From Azolla caroliniana (lineage: Eukaryota > Plantae > Polypodiophyta): a stretch of DNA of 64,000 bases. Position numbers and translations under genes: made by a program. Of this stretch, positions 37,001-49,352 are shown in pieces (the stretch's first letter is position 1; the number at the start of each line of letters is the position of its first letter). The notes below the pieces were generated by a model. It searched no databases. It worked only from the letters and a program-made list of their open reading frames with translations, and was not told where the DNA came from. The stretch lies in assembly GCA_043228905.1 (NCBI GenBank), contig JBHGNT010000003.1, positions 18,538,001 through 18,602,000 of the forward strand. The letters run 5' to 3'.

Positions 37001-37163
37001 GTACCATCTCGCGGAGCTCGACGGTACGAGAATGACGATACCGGTAGCGGGGAAGAGGATCAAAGCGTTCAAGAAACGGCACGACGGGGAGCTAGGGCTA
37101 GGAAGCATGGATAGTGACGACGAGCAGCCCGAGGTGGAGGATGAACCGGTAAACGAGGAATAA
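34086..37163 (+). CDS. pol: ORF2 pol: RT-RNase H-integrase (upstream linker has a ~270-bp deletion)
   Basis: 1025-aa ORF with FLDD, TVDTSPTGIG, WMVDLV, YNPEANGKVER and GPY motifs. Confidence 0.9.
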   Translation: MLLAGRREGRRSNELRIKGVASDPSLRNPARIGHMFTDITLRELKIGGGGFLRLAEEDHFRGMLGRHGKAFAFSPEEIGCVDPTVVEPMVIFTVPHVPWSLKPIPVPRAHIPKLMELLKQKVEMGILEPSSAPYSNRWFTVPKKDGMLRFIQDLQPVNKVTIRNTGIGPTIDEFAEAFAGRSIYSVGDLYSGYDQFQLAVESRDITTMRTPLGLVRMCTLPQGGTNSVAHMVNAMNKVLRDCIPDITMPFLDDVPIKGCPVEERDETIRPDGCRKFVATHIDDCEKVLQRLEGARLTFSGGKSAFGQPEIMVVGHLCGPYGQKPSPTKVEAISAMKNDCSSVTEVWRFLGACAFYHIWIPHYAHVAEPLYGLLKKGRKFEWRDEHTESVRKMKEALVAAPALRKAIYGKSTPIYVTVDTSPTGIGWVVNQEDEDDMRSPIRFGTKVLSERQQGYAQVKRELWGIVSAVKADKDYLIGTEVIIETDCLPILGMVSGCVTSDLAILRWIAYIKSLNPEIRHISGKDNAMVDMLSRARFENDDGMVSEDEEVGVNFFEAAHVTTGRECSPTLNDFDESKYDGEWLQIGGFLRTMTPDAAWTTDEANRIWKKAYRFFLRDGYIWKHPKKRNDIPLRVVAKKEDQEDLLAAYHDSPWAGHRGTWATFEKLKGKYWWLGLYRDVHRFVTTCESSQVHSMIRHRDELHPTYPLTVHFKWMVDLVTMPMGVGQMRYLVLAREDLTNQVEGRALQNKTTTTVCRFLIEDVVCRYGCVGKIVADCGELDAEEAEELFDRLGVKLSLTTAYNPEANGKVERGHGPIVKALVRACEGRVGDWPRLLPYALWADRTTHSSVTGFMPAELMFAQKPIMPTERTISSWAMVDWRDEMSQEELLAARIRQLERRLEDVERAAEKLRVARIRNKARFDRTHRSRPRKIEEGDWVLVYDTSLDNQHMATRKFARRWFGPYIVTGANGNGTYHLAELDGTRMTIPVAGKRIKAFKKRHDGELGLGSMDSDDEQPEVEDEPVNEE

Positions 37164-37828
37164 CGCAAGGATCGGTTTTTTCCCGTAAAAACCCAATTAT
37201 GGCGCATACCGGTGGATGCGCGGTTAGGTGGGGGCGGATGTCGTGAAGAAAACCGTCCCCATGCGCAAACCGTGTATAGTGTGAGTGAACCGGCCCTTAC
37301 ACGCGGGCACGTCCCTTGTCGTATAGTAGATAGGTAGGCACAAAGGTTAAATCCTAGGTAGCAATATTCTGTAAGGGAAATCGAGGAGTATCTCTGTCCG
37401 AAAGGACAGAGAATTAATGTGATGTAAACGGGTGAAACGGCCTCCCTCCTTGAGCTATAAAAGAGAGGGAGACGGGGGAGAGAAGATATCGCGCGCTAGA
37501 GGGAACGAAGTGCTGTCGAACTGGGACCGAGCTCTTCTTCTCTGTCGTTCTCCATAGCTTTCTTTTGCGCAGGCTCTCAGGAGGCTGAATCTGCTCCGTG
37601 GAACGCCCGTGTGCTTCCGGCAGAATCTCCATCTTGCTCTCCTGTGTGCGTGGGGATCAAGCGTCGGCATCCACCTCGTCGACCTAGCTGGCTGTAACCG
37701 TTCGAGTCGTCTGCATACATACAAATACATGCCTATATTTACATACACACTCTAGTGTTCTCAACTCGCGTCTCCTGTGTTGTTGTGACGCGTCCCCGTG
37801 CGCTTCTTTGTCTATACGTGAGTGAGCG

Positions 37829-37860
<32 letters not shown>

Positions 37861-38160
37861 CCTCACCTATTCCTCGGTCCAAGACCCCAGTGGTCCCGCC
37901 TTGTTCTCCACGCACACATGTAACAACGCGACAACGCGCAGAGACGACAAACCATACATCTTCCGGCATGGAGATGCTTGTCGTGCCCGATACAGACATG
38001 GAATTTCCTATGTGCCTCATTACGAACATTCCAGTTCTTCGTGAACATTGTTGTATACACAACACATGCGGATGGGCTTAGATCAAGCTACCAGTAGCTC
38101 TAATACAATGTAAACAATCGTGTGTGATTTTGTGCAACAAAAGAAGTGTGTGTGTGTGTG

Positions 38161-38212
<52 letters not shown>

Positions 38213-38356
38213 GATCTCTATCGGACTAAGAAGCTCGACTCGACAACCGAAAGTGGGTGTGACGAGAGCTCTCACACCCGAGAAACCCTCTCTCTATACC
38301 TCGAAAGGGAATGCCAGTTTTATCAGGTAATCCCGACTAGCTCGTGTACCTCGAAA

Positions 38357-39000
38357 GGGCTTTTGCAACTCACAGAACCAATCTTCATGAGACGTCATGT
38401 GATTGGACGTTGTCGTGAAGAAAACCGTCCCCATGCGCAAACCGTGTATAGTGTGAGTGAACCGGCCCTTACACGCGGGCACGTCCCTTGTCGTATAGTA
38501 GATAGGTAGGCACAAAGGTTAAATCCTAGGTAGCAATATTCTGTAAGGGAAATCGAGGAGTATCTCTGTCCGAAAGGACAGAGAATTAATGTGATGTAAA
38601 TGGGTGAAACGGCCTCCCTCCTTGAGCTATAAAAGAGAGGGAGACGGGGGAGAGAAGATATCGCGCGCTAGAGGGAACGAAGTGCTGTCGAACTGGGACC
38701 GAGCTCTTCTTCTCTGTCGTTCTCCATAGCTTTCTTTTGCGCAGGCTCTCAGGAGGCTGAATCTGCTCCGTGGAACGCCCGTGTGCTTCCGGCAGAATCT
38801 CCATCTTGCTCTCCTGTGTGCGTGGGGATCAAGCGTCGGCATCCACCTCGTCGACCTAGCCGGCTGTAACCGTTTGAGTCGTCTGCATACATACAAATAC
38901 ATGCCTATATTTACATACACACTCTAGTGTTCTCAACTCGCGTCTCCTGTGTTGTTGTGACGCGTCCCCGTGCGCTTCTTTGTCTATACGTGAGTGAGCG

Positions 39001-39032
<32 letters not shown>

Positions 39033-39332
39033 CCTCACCTATTCCTCGGTCCAAGACCCCAATGGTCCCGCCTTGTTCTCCACGCACATGCGTAACAACG
39101 CGACAACGCACAGAGACGACAAACCATACATCTTCCGGCATGGAGATGCTTGTCGTGCCCGATACAGACATGGAATTTCCTATGTGCCTCATTACGAACA
39201 TTCCAGTTCTTCGTGAACATTGTTGTATACACAACACATGCGGATGGGCTTAGATCAAGCTACCAGTAGCTCTAATACAATGTAAACAATCGTGTGTGAT
39301 TTTGTGCAACAAAAGAAGTGTGTGTGTGTGTG

Positions 39333-39382
<50 letters not shown>

Positions 39383-39522
39383 GATCTCTATCGGACTAAG
39401 AAGCTCGACTCGACAACCGAAAGTGGGTGTGACGAGAGCTCTCACACCCGAGAAACCCTCTCTCTATACCTCGAAAGGGAATGCCAGTTTTATCAGGTAA
39501 TCCCGACTAGCTCGTGTACCTC
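38357..39522. repeat. Tandem segmental duplication of 31022-38352 with the gypsy element collapsed to a solo LTR (38411-39105)
   Basis: Same left flank (54 bp) and right flank (~417 bp), and the same mismatched TSD ACGT/ACGC. Confidence 0.92.
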
Positions 39523-39995
39523 TTGAAGGGGACTTCTACGAAACTATGTGTTTGATGGGCTTGAGGCGTGAGTCGGAGTCGATGAGTGAGGACGCAAAGG
39601 CAAAAAATCAAAGGCAAAGGCAAGAGAGTTTTTTTGGAGTTACTTCCAAAAGACAGGCCTAGTTTTATAAATTTGTAGCCAAATTGTATATAATTGTAGA
39701 CAAAGCCCCAAGCATTTTATGTTAATCGATATCGAAACAGAGAGGAGAGGAAGAGACCACAGGAGGACACATAGATTATTATAATTAGGGTTTCCTCTGC
39801 GACGCGAAGATTTACGCAGAGCGAGCGCCATAGCCACACTCAGACACACACACACACACAGACAGAGATAGATAACTTCTCTGCGTGTGTGTGTCTGTGT
39901 GTGAGAGAGAGAGAGAGAAAGAGAGAGCGAGAGCGAGTGAACGAGAGGTTCTTCTCTGTGCATTTAGTCTCCACCAATTTCTCTTCCGTCTCTTC

Positions 39996-40026
<31 letters not shown>

Positions 40027-40054
40027 TTATACACACAAGAGATAAATAGAATCC

Positions 40055-43000
40055 ATGGCGGCCCTCATGGATTATGATCGCAGACCTGAGAAGAGAGGAA
40101 GGATTGCTTATGAAGAATCAATTGTTCGTGGATACGAGGTTAGTTTCTTCCTTTTCTTTTGTTCTTTTCTCCTCGGAAAGAGGCACGGGGGTTTCTTTCC
40201 CATTTTAGACCATTGATCTTCTTTGTTCACATCAAAAGCGAATCGCATATAATTCAAGATTTCTCTCTCTCTCTGATCGATACAGTTGTTTCTGCTTCTC
40301 CTCACGTGCAGAGAAATCCCTTTCTTTCTTAAACCAGGGATTTCTAGTTCCAAAACTTTCATTGGTTTTTGGGTCTTGGTTTTAGTACCAGTTCTAAGTT
40401 AGACCATGGATTGCAGTTCTTTCACTAGTTTTGCCTTTATTTGGACAAGTAAATTCACTGTTTAAAATAAAATATTAGGAATTTTGCTGGAAAATATTAG
40501 CGCTTTGTGGTTGATGTTAGGTTATGGTTGGAAAGATTAGAATATATGTTCTCATATTTAGGTTATGGTTGAAAAGGTTAGGTTTTTTGTCTTCATTTAT
40601 AGGTTATATCTGCAAGTAGTTAGTTTTTGAGGGTCGGGTTTAACTTTAAGCATATACATCACATAATTGTTTCCTTAAGTGAGTGTGATATGCTAAGCAT
40701 TTGAGAGTAGGCATTTTGACGGTTTGCTTAGATATGAAATTCATTAATAGATCAGAATCTTAGGGTTTTGGATACTTTTCCCTTTCTTGAGCAACAAAAT
40801 TCCTGTTGATGTCTAAGACAAAAAAATGGATCAGTATTAAAATATAGCTTCCGAATTTTGATTTTGATTTCAAATGAATGGTATACACTTAATAGAACAT
40901 GGTTAGTATTATTTTTGTGACCTTCACAGACTTAGTTGTGATAGGATATATATTCAAGCATGGGCATAATAGGGTTTTAGGGTTCATTTTCTAATATAAA
41001 ATAAATGAACATATTTCACTAGTTCATTTAATAATTTTCGTTTTAGATTAGAAAATCTTTAATTTTAGTTTAGTTTAGGGTCACAAATTATGGATGTTGT
41101 GGTCAGTTTTGTGTCCTATTTCGAGTAATATCATTGTACTCAGGGTGTTTAGAGGCTGTATATAATGGAATTCTCTTAATAGTTGTGGTTGGCTTCATAT
41201 TTGAGCTTGAAATCACAAGAGGTTCAGGGTTTCACTGTCCAATACACATGAAAAATAGTTGTTCTGTTGGAGGCATGGTTAACTTATTTCTTTCTTTTAG
41301 GAAAGGTCTATCATCTAGGATTCATTTCTAGGTCACAATGCTGAGGTTTTCTAGTTCAAGTTTAGTTTATGGCTGAACTACCCATCCTTCTCCAAAAGTG
41401 TTGATGATGTTTGCTGATTGTGGTAGATACATTTGATCATATTGATCATTGGAGTTTTATCTATTTTAAAGAAAGTGAATTTATTTATGATATTCACTGA
41501 TGGTGGTAGACTGCATTTGAGTATAAAGATTGAGGATTCATCTTCCAATAGAAATGAGCATTTTATTTTCTTTGTAGACGGGATTTCCTTCATTTTTTGT
41601 GTTCATATTTGTGCTAGAGATTATGGACGTATAGGGTTCAATTGTCTAATATAAATGAAAATATGAATATTTATTACATTCAGTGGTTGTGTTGGCTATA
41701 TTTGGTGTTAGAAATGATGGACCTCATTATTTTTCTGTATGTATGTTTATGCTATTCATCGGATATGGTAGGCTATCTTTGAGCATAGGGATACAGGAGA
41801 TTAGGGATTCATTGTCCAATATAGAAGGAAAGTATTGTTTTAATTGGCTACTTGTTTATAATGGATTGCCTTCATTCATTATGGTAGAACTTATATTTGA
41901 TCATGGGATTTCATTTTCCATTTGTTTATGATGTTCATTGATTGTGGTAGGCAATGTTTGAGCATAGGTATAATGAGGATTTAGGGTTTCATTGTCCAAA
42001 AAGAACAGAAAATAGTGTTTTAATTGGCAAAATATACATACTGGATTGCCATCATTGATTTTGGTTGGCTATATTTGAGTATAGGGGTCATGAGGGGTTT
42101 AGGATTTCATTGTCCAATAAAAAAGAAAAAAAAGTTTGTTTATGATGGTGGAACATGGATGCCGAATGAATTTGTGTAGGCCCAGAATGTTGCCCAGAGT
42201 GGGCATCATCATCATCATCTTCTTCATCATCATCATCATCATCATCATAATTACATGGAGCATGAAAGACATGACAGGGGGGATGGTGGTGCTGCTGCTC
42301 AAATTGCCTCAGTCTCTTCTCATATGAATGCTTATGTCAATGGAGCGTCTCGGGTTCAATCCCCGCCTTGGCGTGAAGATGACAAAGATGGACACTATAC
42401 GTTTGAGCTAGGAGAAAACATAACTCCCCGCTGTAATGACCCGTTAAATTTCACACATCTTGGCAACTGTGGTGCAATGCTACTTTATAGATATTTTTTG
42501 CTTGTGTTTCTATCTTGTTAAATAATAACGTTGGTTTAACATTTATGCATACCTTGTTTTCTCTTTAACCTGTGGAATTTGAGGTTTCTTTTTGTTAGTA
42601 CATTGGTCTGACTTCAATTTTCGTGTGGTGTTTTCGTGTTCGGGGTGAGCAGACAAAATCCTCAGCAAGATGGGGGAAGGTGAGCTATTTATATTCAACA
42701 ACTTCCCTTCGGGTTTCTTATTTTGTACACGTATTTTTATTCTTACATGTAACCATAGACTGATTAATGGCTGTGTTAATGAATATTTTCTTGCATATAT
42801 TCTGTTAAATTGCTGCCATGAGCATCTTTTGGGAATGTGGGTGGTGCCTGAGTACTGGAACTTTTTTTAGTTAAGCTTGGCATGCTGAATGTATGTTGTT
42901 TGGAATGTTTTGTAGTGTATTTGCTTTGACATAGGTATTCTAATCCAACTCATTGTCAATATAACATTTTCTTTTGAGCTTGTCTTCAGAATTTTGAACA

Positions 43001-45126
43001 ATGTCTTTTCTTTGAGATGTGAGTGGTGTAACATCCAACGATCTATCTTCATTATGTTGGAGGGATGAATGATATAATGTGGAGTCCTGCAGGGACATTT
43101 GGCAGAGTATTGGAATGTTGGGATCGTGAAGACCAGGATTATGTAGCTATTAAAGTCATTCGAAATGTCCAGAAGTATCGTGATGCCGCTATGATTGAAA
43201 TAGATGTACTCCGTGTGCTTGCCAAGCACGACAAGACTGGCTCACGGTCTGTCTTATAAATAACATTCATGTTGCGAGAGAGAATTGTTATTAGTGGCAT
43301 TGATAGTTTTAGTATTTGTACATGCTCTTCTTATGTGCTAATGGATGAAAAGTGACATTAAAATATATATAATATTTTGCTCTCTAAATATGTGCTCTTT
43401 TTTTCATAAATGCAGGGGTTGTGTTCGTCTGAGGTGCTGGTTTGATTATCGCAAACACATATGCATTGTAAGCACACATGACAAGTTACCTACAAATTTG
43501 AGAGATATTATTGGTCTATTTATCTGATGAATAATTTCACGACAAATTTGAAAGAAGATCTCTAGTGTACATTAGTCTGATTTATCTCATGAATCAATGT
43601 TTTTTATTGCTAGGTTTGTGATAAATTGGGACCAAGCTTGTATGATTTTATAAGCAGAAACAGTTACAGACCTTTTCCTGTTGATCTGGTCAGGGATTTT
43701 GGGCTGCAGCTTTTGCAGTCTGTAGCATGTATGGTTTACCTTCTCTTTATTCTCTTTTAAATTGTTCCAGGTTTTGTGTTCTGGTTTTGTTTAAGTTTTG
43801 CTTGACTTTCTAGATATGCACGAGTTGACGCTTATCCACACAGACTTGAAACCTGAGAATGTCTTGCTAGTATCTTCCGATTACATCAAGATACCCGACT
43901 ATAAGGTGATAGTTTGCTAATGGATATCTCTTTATAACTGATGTTGGCTCATTGGCTTGGTAGTTGATATACTAAGTAGTTTTATGTACTTTATTGGAGA
44001 TTGTTTAATTACTCTACATTTTGATACTCCATTTTTTTTAATGAGTATTTCAATATGTTTGTGTACCCATAGAGCTCTCAGCCTGGAAAGCACTTCACAT
44101 GCATCCCCAAATCCAGTCAGATAAAGCTCATTGATTTTGGCAGTGCCACGTTTGAAGATCGTCACCATTGCTCCATAGTCTCAACAAGGCATTATCGTGC
44201 GCCTGAAGTGATCCTTGGTGAGAGAAAGTGGTGTTCTATCCAGATAATATGATGTGCATGGCGTTTTATTCTGAAAGAAATTGTTTTGTAGGCCTTGGGT
44301 GGAGTTATCCATGCGATATGTGGAGCATTGGGTGTATTCTCGTTGAACTTTGCACGGTATGCAAAACGATTATCTTTGAATCTTTCAGAATGTGCCCTCC
44401 TTTGATGGGGACATTTATCTCCTTCTTAGGCTTGATTTAACCTGTCTTCAAATGAACATAGGGGGAGGCATTGTTTCAAACACATGAAAACTTGGAACAT
44501 CTTGCAATGATGGAGCGAGTTCTAGGACCAATTCCCCAGCACTTAATAAAGAGGGTGGAGTAAGTTCTAGTCTTCTAATTGTCACACTCTAGATGAGAAT
44601 TAATGATTCAGTTGTTAAACTCTAGCTCAGATTATTAAGCTTAACCTACAATTGAGAAGTCCCTTTGAGCCATTGATTGCATTTCATTGAAGGTTGATTG
44701 ATGTTTTTGCTGTGCAGTCGAAGAACTGAAAAATACTTCCGAAGTCGGCGCGAGTTGAATTGGCCTGAGGGAGCAACATCTAGAGAAAGCATAAGGGCTG
44801 TGAGGAGACTGCCTCGATTGCGAGTGAGACAACATTTTCTTATTTAGTCAAATCGTTGATATATTAAGTAGATGCTAATATATATTATAGTTTTTACCAG
44901 AACAAATTGTTGTTTTTTTCTTGAGATTAACAAATTTCTAATTATTGATACTATTATTACTATTATATTATTGTATTGGTGTTCGCAGAATCTTGTGATG
45001 CAATATGTGGACCATTCAGCAGGTTCTTTAATTGACCTTTTGCATGGGCTACTGAAATTTGATCCTTTGGAGCGTTTGACGGCAAGAGAAGCATTACGAC
45101 ATCCATTTTTTGGTGGTCAGAGATGA
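40055..45126 (+). CDS. AFC2: LAMMER (AFC/CLK family) SR-protein kinase, 12 coding exons, 442 aa
   Basis: Exons 40055-40138, 42180-42432, 42653-42679, 43093-43246, 43416-43467, 43614-43728, 43814-43905, 44073-44217, 44292-44356, 44462-44559, 44718-44823, 44989-45126. All introns GT-AG, 1329 nt, frame open. Motifs [37 protein letters not shown]. Exact AFC paralogue not resolved. Confidence 0.95.
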
Positions 45127-45894
45127 TTTTCCTCTTTTGGCAAATGTCAAGCTTTCTCTTCCTATCTGTAAACTATGGTAAATTGCCTTTTTGGGAAAAA
45201 AAGAGTTTTTCCAAATATTTCGTAATACTTGAGAAAGCAAGCAATCAGTCATGAGAATGCACATGTAATGCTCTTGAATCATCAAGAACACTATCAAACA
45301 CAGCAGTTTTCTTTCATGGGGTTATTGACCCTATATGATGCTGTGACATGCTAGTTCTGTAAAATGATAAGTTAGTATTGAAGGTCAATACACTTGGATT
45401 CATTCTGAAGTCCCAATCGTCCAATTTTTTAATGCTTTGCAATTCAGTGATTGCTCTCTTTATTTAGAATGGAGAGTACTCATTTATCCTATTGCGCTCG
45501 ATTGCAACGAGAGTGTTAAGTTGATATTTGTGATTTAATATACAACAGACAAGTATTATTACTATTATAGTAATATTATTACAGAGATCATTAGGTGGAT
45601 GAAGGCTAAGATGTAGAATAATATATATAAACCTACATAGGAAGTGAATGAACGACCGAAGGGACCAATGATAATTTCTAGCCCTCTCCTAGCTGTCATG
45701 GTATAGAAAAGAAGTAAAAACTAAATGAGAAGCTTTAGTGAAAAATCAAACTCTTCAGATCTGTAAGTTTGGCTTTGTGCTCAAGTAGGTGGGGGAAGAG
45801 CAGTCATAATTTTGATGTTGGTGGTTTTGTTATCATATTGGAAAATAGCAATGATAAATGTGTGTTGCCGTTGTGGAAAACTCAAGGCATGCAC

Positions 45895-46210
45895 AAACAT
45901 CTTTAACACAAGAATAGATAATGCATAAAAAAGAACCAATGTGATTCTACCAGCCCATTGCTGAAATCTAATTACAACACAGTTTAAAACAGGGAGAACA
46001 ATAGCTCTTGTGTCCTATTTGTAAATGAGGAAATAGAGATACAGCTCAAACATCCTCTTTAACACAGTATAAAATGCTGAAAAAAGAATCAATGTGATTC
46101 TACTAGCCCAGCCCTGAAATCCAATTACAACACATTGTTTCACACAAGGAGAACAATAGCTCTTGTGCGCTTTTGATTGTTAAATGAGAAAATAAGAGTT
46201 ACAACTCAAA
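45895..46210. repeat. Diverged ~155-bp tandem duplication downstream of the kinase
   Basis: CAATGTGATTCTAC.AGCCCA and GGAGAACAATAGCTCTTGTG each occur twice. Confidence 0.8.
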
Positions 46211-46801
46211 TGGTGAAATGAATGTATTCTAATGTTCCCTTTTACAATTGTTACATTGAATGACCAACCTAGATATGAGTTATAGAATAATCATATCAAT
46301 GAGTGACAAGCTTAATGCAACATAGACGGAAACATGTAGTTTGAAAAGGGATCAGAACGATCTATAAACATTTAACTAATTACATGCGTAGAACATTATA
46401 CATTCTACCTCAAAAGTTCTCCTTTTGTTAAAAAGTGACCCATAGATAGATAGATATCTTTTAGCGTCCATAGAGAGGCCAATATTGACTCATAGGACTT
46501 AAGTACAAAAGTTATCTTGATGTGTCTCTCCTTCCTAAGAAGGGATATTCATACTTTTGAAGCACCAAGTCTCAGTGTGCGAATAAGGCATACACATATG
46601 AGCTCAACCTTCTTGGTGTTCTCTTTAGTATGATACTCAAATCATCACCCCCTTTTAATATATCATCATAGCTTTCATGAATTGCACTATATGTAGAGGA
46701 TATAGAAAGCAAGTGATATTCATCTTCTACTAGCCCTTCCTTGCATACCTCAAATGCCTTTATATTTGGTTGATTTCGATTATATAATGCAACTTCAATA
46801 T

Positions 46802-49352
46802 TGTTATGAATAGGACCGTAGATTTACGAGAAAGATAGATTGAAATATACAAAACAGAAAACAAAATACACAGTATACAACTTTTACGTGGAAACCCTAA
46901 GACAGGGAAAACCATGGGGCAATAGATTTTCATTATAGACAGAAGCACAAGAGGACCGTATTACAAATATCTGAAGATTAGAGAATCCCCACGTAGGGTT
47001 TTGGCAAGTTCCACTCACTATGCCTACCCTCTTTTTCTCTCTTGTCACCTTCTCTTTGTTACACACTTTTCTTTTGCACTCAACTGTTCTACACAGTTCT
47101 ACAACTAACCACATAAAGTTTGTCCTAGCTTCACATATTTATATAAGAAATAAGTTATTATTATATTATAATAATAGTAGTTAATCAGTCGACTGGTTGA
47201 CTCGACTGTTCGACCCATAAATCGAGAGTCTAGTCGATTCAACTAGCCGACTCCTATGTCGGCTATCTTGTCGGTCCAACTGGCAAACTTTGTCATCGAC
47301 CATCCGGGTGGCCTGACTAGTCGGCCTTGTCTTCGACCATTAGGTCGGCCCGGCTAGTCAGCCTAGTCTTTCACTTGGATCATCCATCCAATCCAATCTA
47401 CTACCACAATCGACTCTCCATTTCCTTTAATCAGATTATTCCTCTAGTGAGTCAACTACCAAATCGACCCACTGGTCGATCCGATTGACCATCCTAAATT
47501 CAGCTTGTCGACTTCTCCAATTCGACTACCAACTTCTCTCATTAGCAGGGACAAAAAACCTAATAAACTCTCCCTTCAATCCTATAGGGAGAGTCGGTCA
47601 ATCCTGTCTTCTTTCAATAAGCTCCGAGTCTGTCTATAGGTAGGGTTTTTGTGAGCATGTTGGATCCATTATCATCAGTATGGATATTCACAAGGGTAAA
47701 CTCTTTCTCATCCACTTTCTCTCATAACCAGTGATACCTTTTCTGTATATGCTTGGTACGGGAGTGGTAAGCAGCGTTCTTGGCTATATGTATGGCACTT
47801 TGATTATCACACTTGAGTAGGAATTTTTCTTGTTTCATTCCTAATTCACTGAGAAAATTCTTCATCCATATCAACGCCTTTCCAACCTCTATTGCAACCA
47901 TATATTTTGGCTCTGTAGTCGACAAAGCCACAACCTTTTGCAATCTCGACTGCCATGACACTTCTCCCCTTGCATAGGTCATCACATAACATGATGTGGA
48001 TCGACTGGAGTTTACATCCCCCAACATGTCTGAGCCAGTAAAACCTTCGAGCATAGGTTTTCCGAAACCATACCTAAGGCATCCCTTGAGGTGCCTTTCA
48101 AGTACTCTTCCTGGATTACTCATATATCGACTTATTGTTCCGATCGCAAATGCTATGTTTGATCACTTACAGACCATAACATACATCAAGCAACTGACGA
48201 CTAAGGCATATGGCACTTTCCTCATCTCAATCTTGTCCTTTTTGTTTTTCAGACATTGCCGAGCATTCATCTTGCAATTTGTCGGCAATGCAAACCCTAT
48301 GGTTTTGCTTCCGACATCTTGAATCTTTCCAAAACCTTTGTCACATAGTTCTCTTGTGACAACCATAGCAAATGCTTAGTTTTGTCTCGAACTATGTGCA
48401 TCCCCAAGATTTGTTTGGCCAGTCAAAGACCCTTCATGGCAAACGACTTGCCTAGTACTTTCTTCAAGCTTGAAAACTTCTTGATGTCTTGTCCAAACAC
48501 TAACATGTCATTCACATATAGCAGGAGAATCAAGAAGTCACCCTCATTATACATTTTAACAAACACATAGTGATCAACTTGTGTTTTATGGAATCCATGT
48601 TCCAACATGAAGGATTCAAACTTCTTATACCATTGATGTGGGGCTTGCTTCAGACCATACAAGCTCTTCTTTAGTCGACACACCAGATTCTCTTTATCTT
48701 TCTCCACAAAACCTTCGGGTTGTTGCAAATAGATTTCTTCATCTAATTCTCCATGCAAGAATGTTGTTTTTACATCCAATTGCTCTATTTCCAGATTCAT
48801 ACTGGTTGCGTACAGTTGAAATGGATGTCATCTTTATGATTGGTGCAAATATCTGATCAAAATCGACCCCCTTCTTCTGTTGAAATCCCTTTACTACAAT
48901 TCGGGCCTTGTGTCTAGGCGAGCTGCAATCTTCCCCATTTTTTAGCTTGAAGACCCATTTGTTTCTCATTGGTCTCTTACCTTTCGGTAGCTCCACCAAG
49001 TCATAAGTGTAATTTTCATGCAAGGAGTCCATTTCGTCTTGCATTGCTCTCTTCCACTTCTCCTTGTGCTCATCTGCCATGGCTTCTTTGTAACATTCCG
49101 GTTTATCCTCATCAGTCAATAGAACATATTGGTTGGAGTATCACGAGGGAGCTTTCCTTTGTCTGAGTGGATATCTTCTACCTCCCATGGTTGGCTCATG
49201 GATGTGTCCGCCGACTCTTCATTCGGCCCGAGTTCATGCCTATCGATTGGTTGTTGAAGGTCAACTGACTCAGACTCACATGCTTCAGTCGATTTCAATG
49301 GGTTGGCCAACTCTGACTCATATATATTAGTCAGTTGCTCCAAGTCGAGCAA
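46802..49352 (-). mobile_element. Tnt1/Tork-like copia 3' part (RT-RNase H) with 3' LTR at ~46802-47565
   Basis: EQLDVKTTFLHGEL, LLYVND, WQSRLQKVVALSTTE motifs; PPT GAAGGGAGAG next to the LTR. Confidence 0.83.

Larger units (their letters stand above)
31076..37933 (+). mobile_element. Full-length tRNA-Trp-primed Ty3/gypsy element, no chromodomain
   Basis: LTRs 31076-31780 and 37239-37933 (about 20 substitutions), PBS 31785-31802, PPT 37226-37238, TSD ACGT/ACGC. Confidence 0.95.
30868..38352 (-). mobile_element. Copia remnant D: 5' LTR from 38109, degenerate PBS, gag mostly deleted, protease region split by a gypsy insertion
   Basis: GTTTACA-TTGTATTAGAGC (decayed iMet PBS, 38108-38097). EDVWFVVSA lies on one side of the insertion and SNHMTSHEDWF on the other; NILHVPTIIKNLVS. 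Confidence 0.75.

Noticed and set aside
43614-43630. VCDKLG instead of VFEKLG at the kinase gatekeeper
   Set aside because: I recall Cys at this position in other plant AFC kinases, so it is not evidence of novelty.
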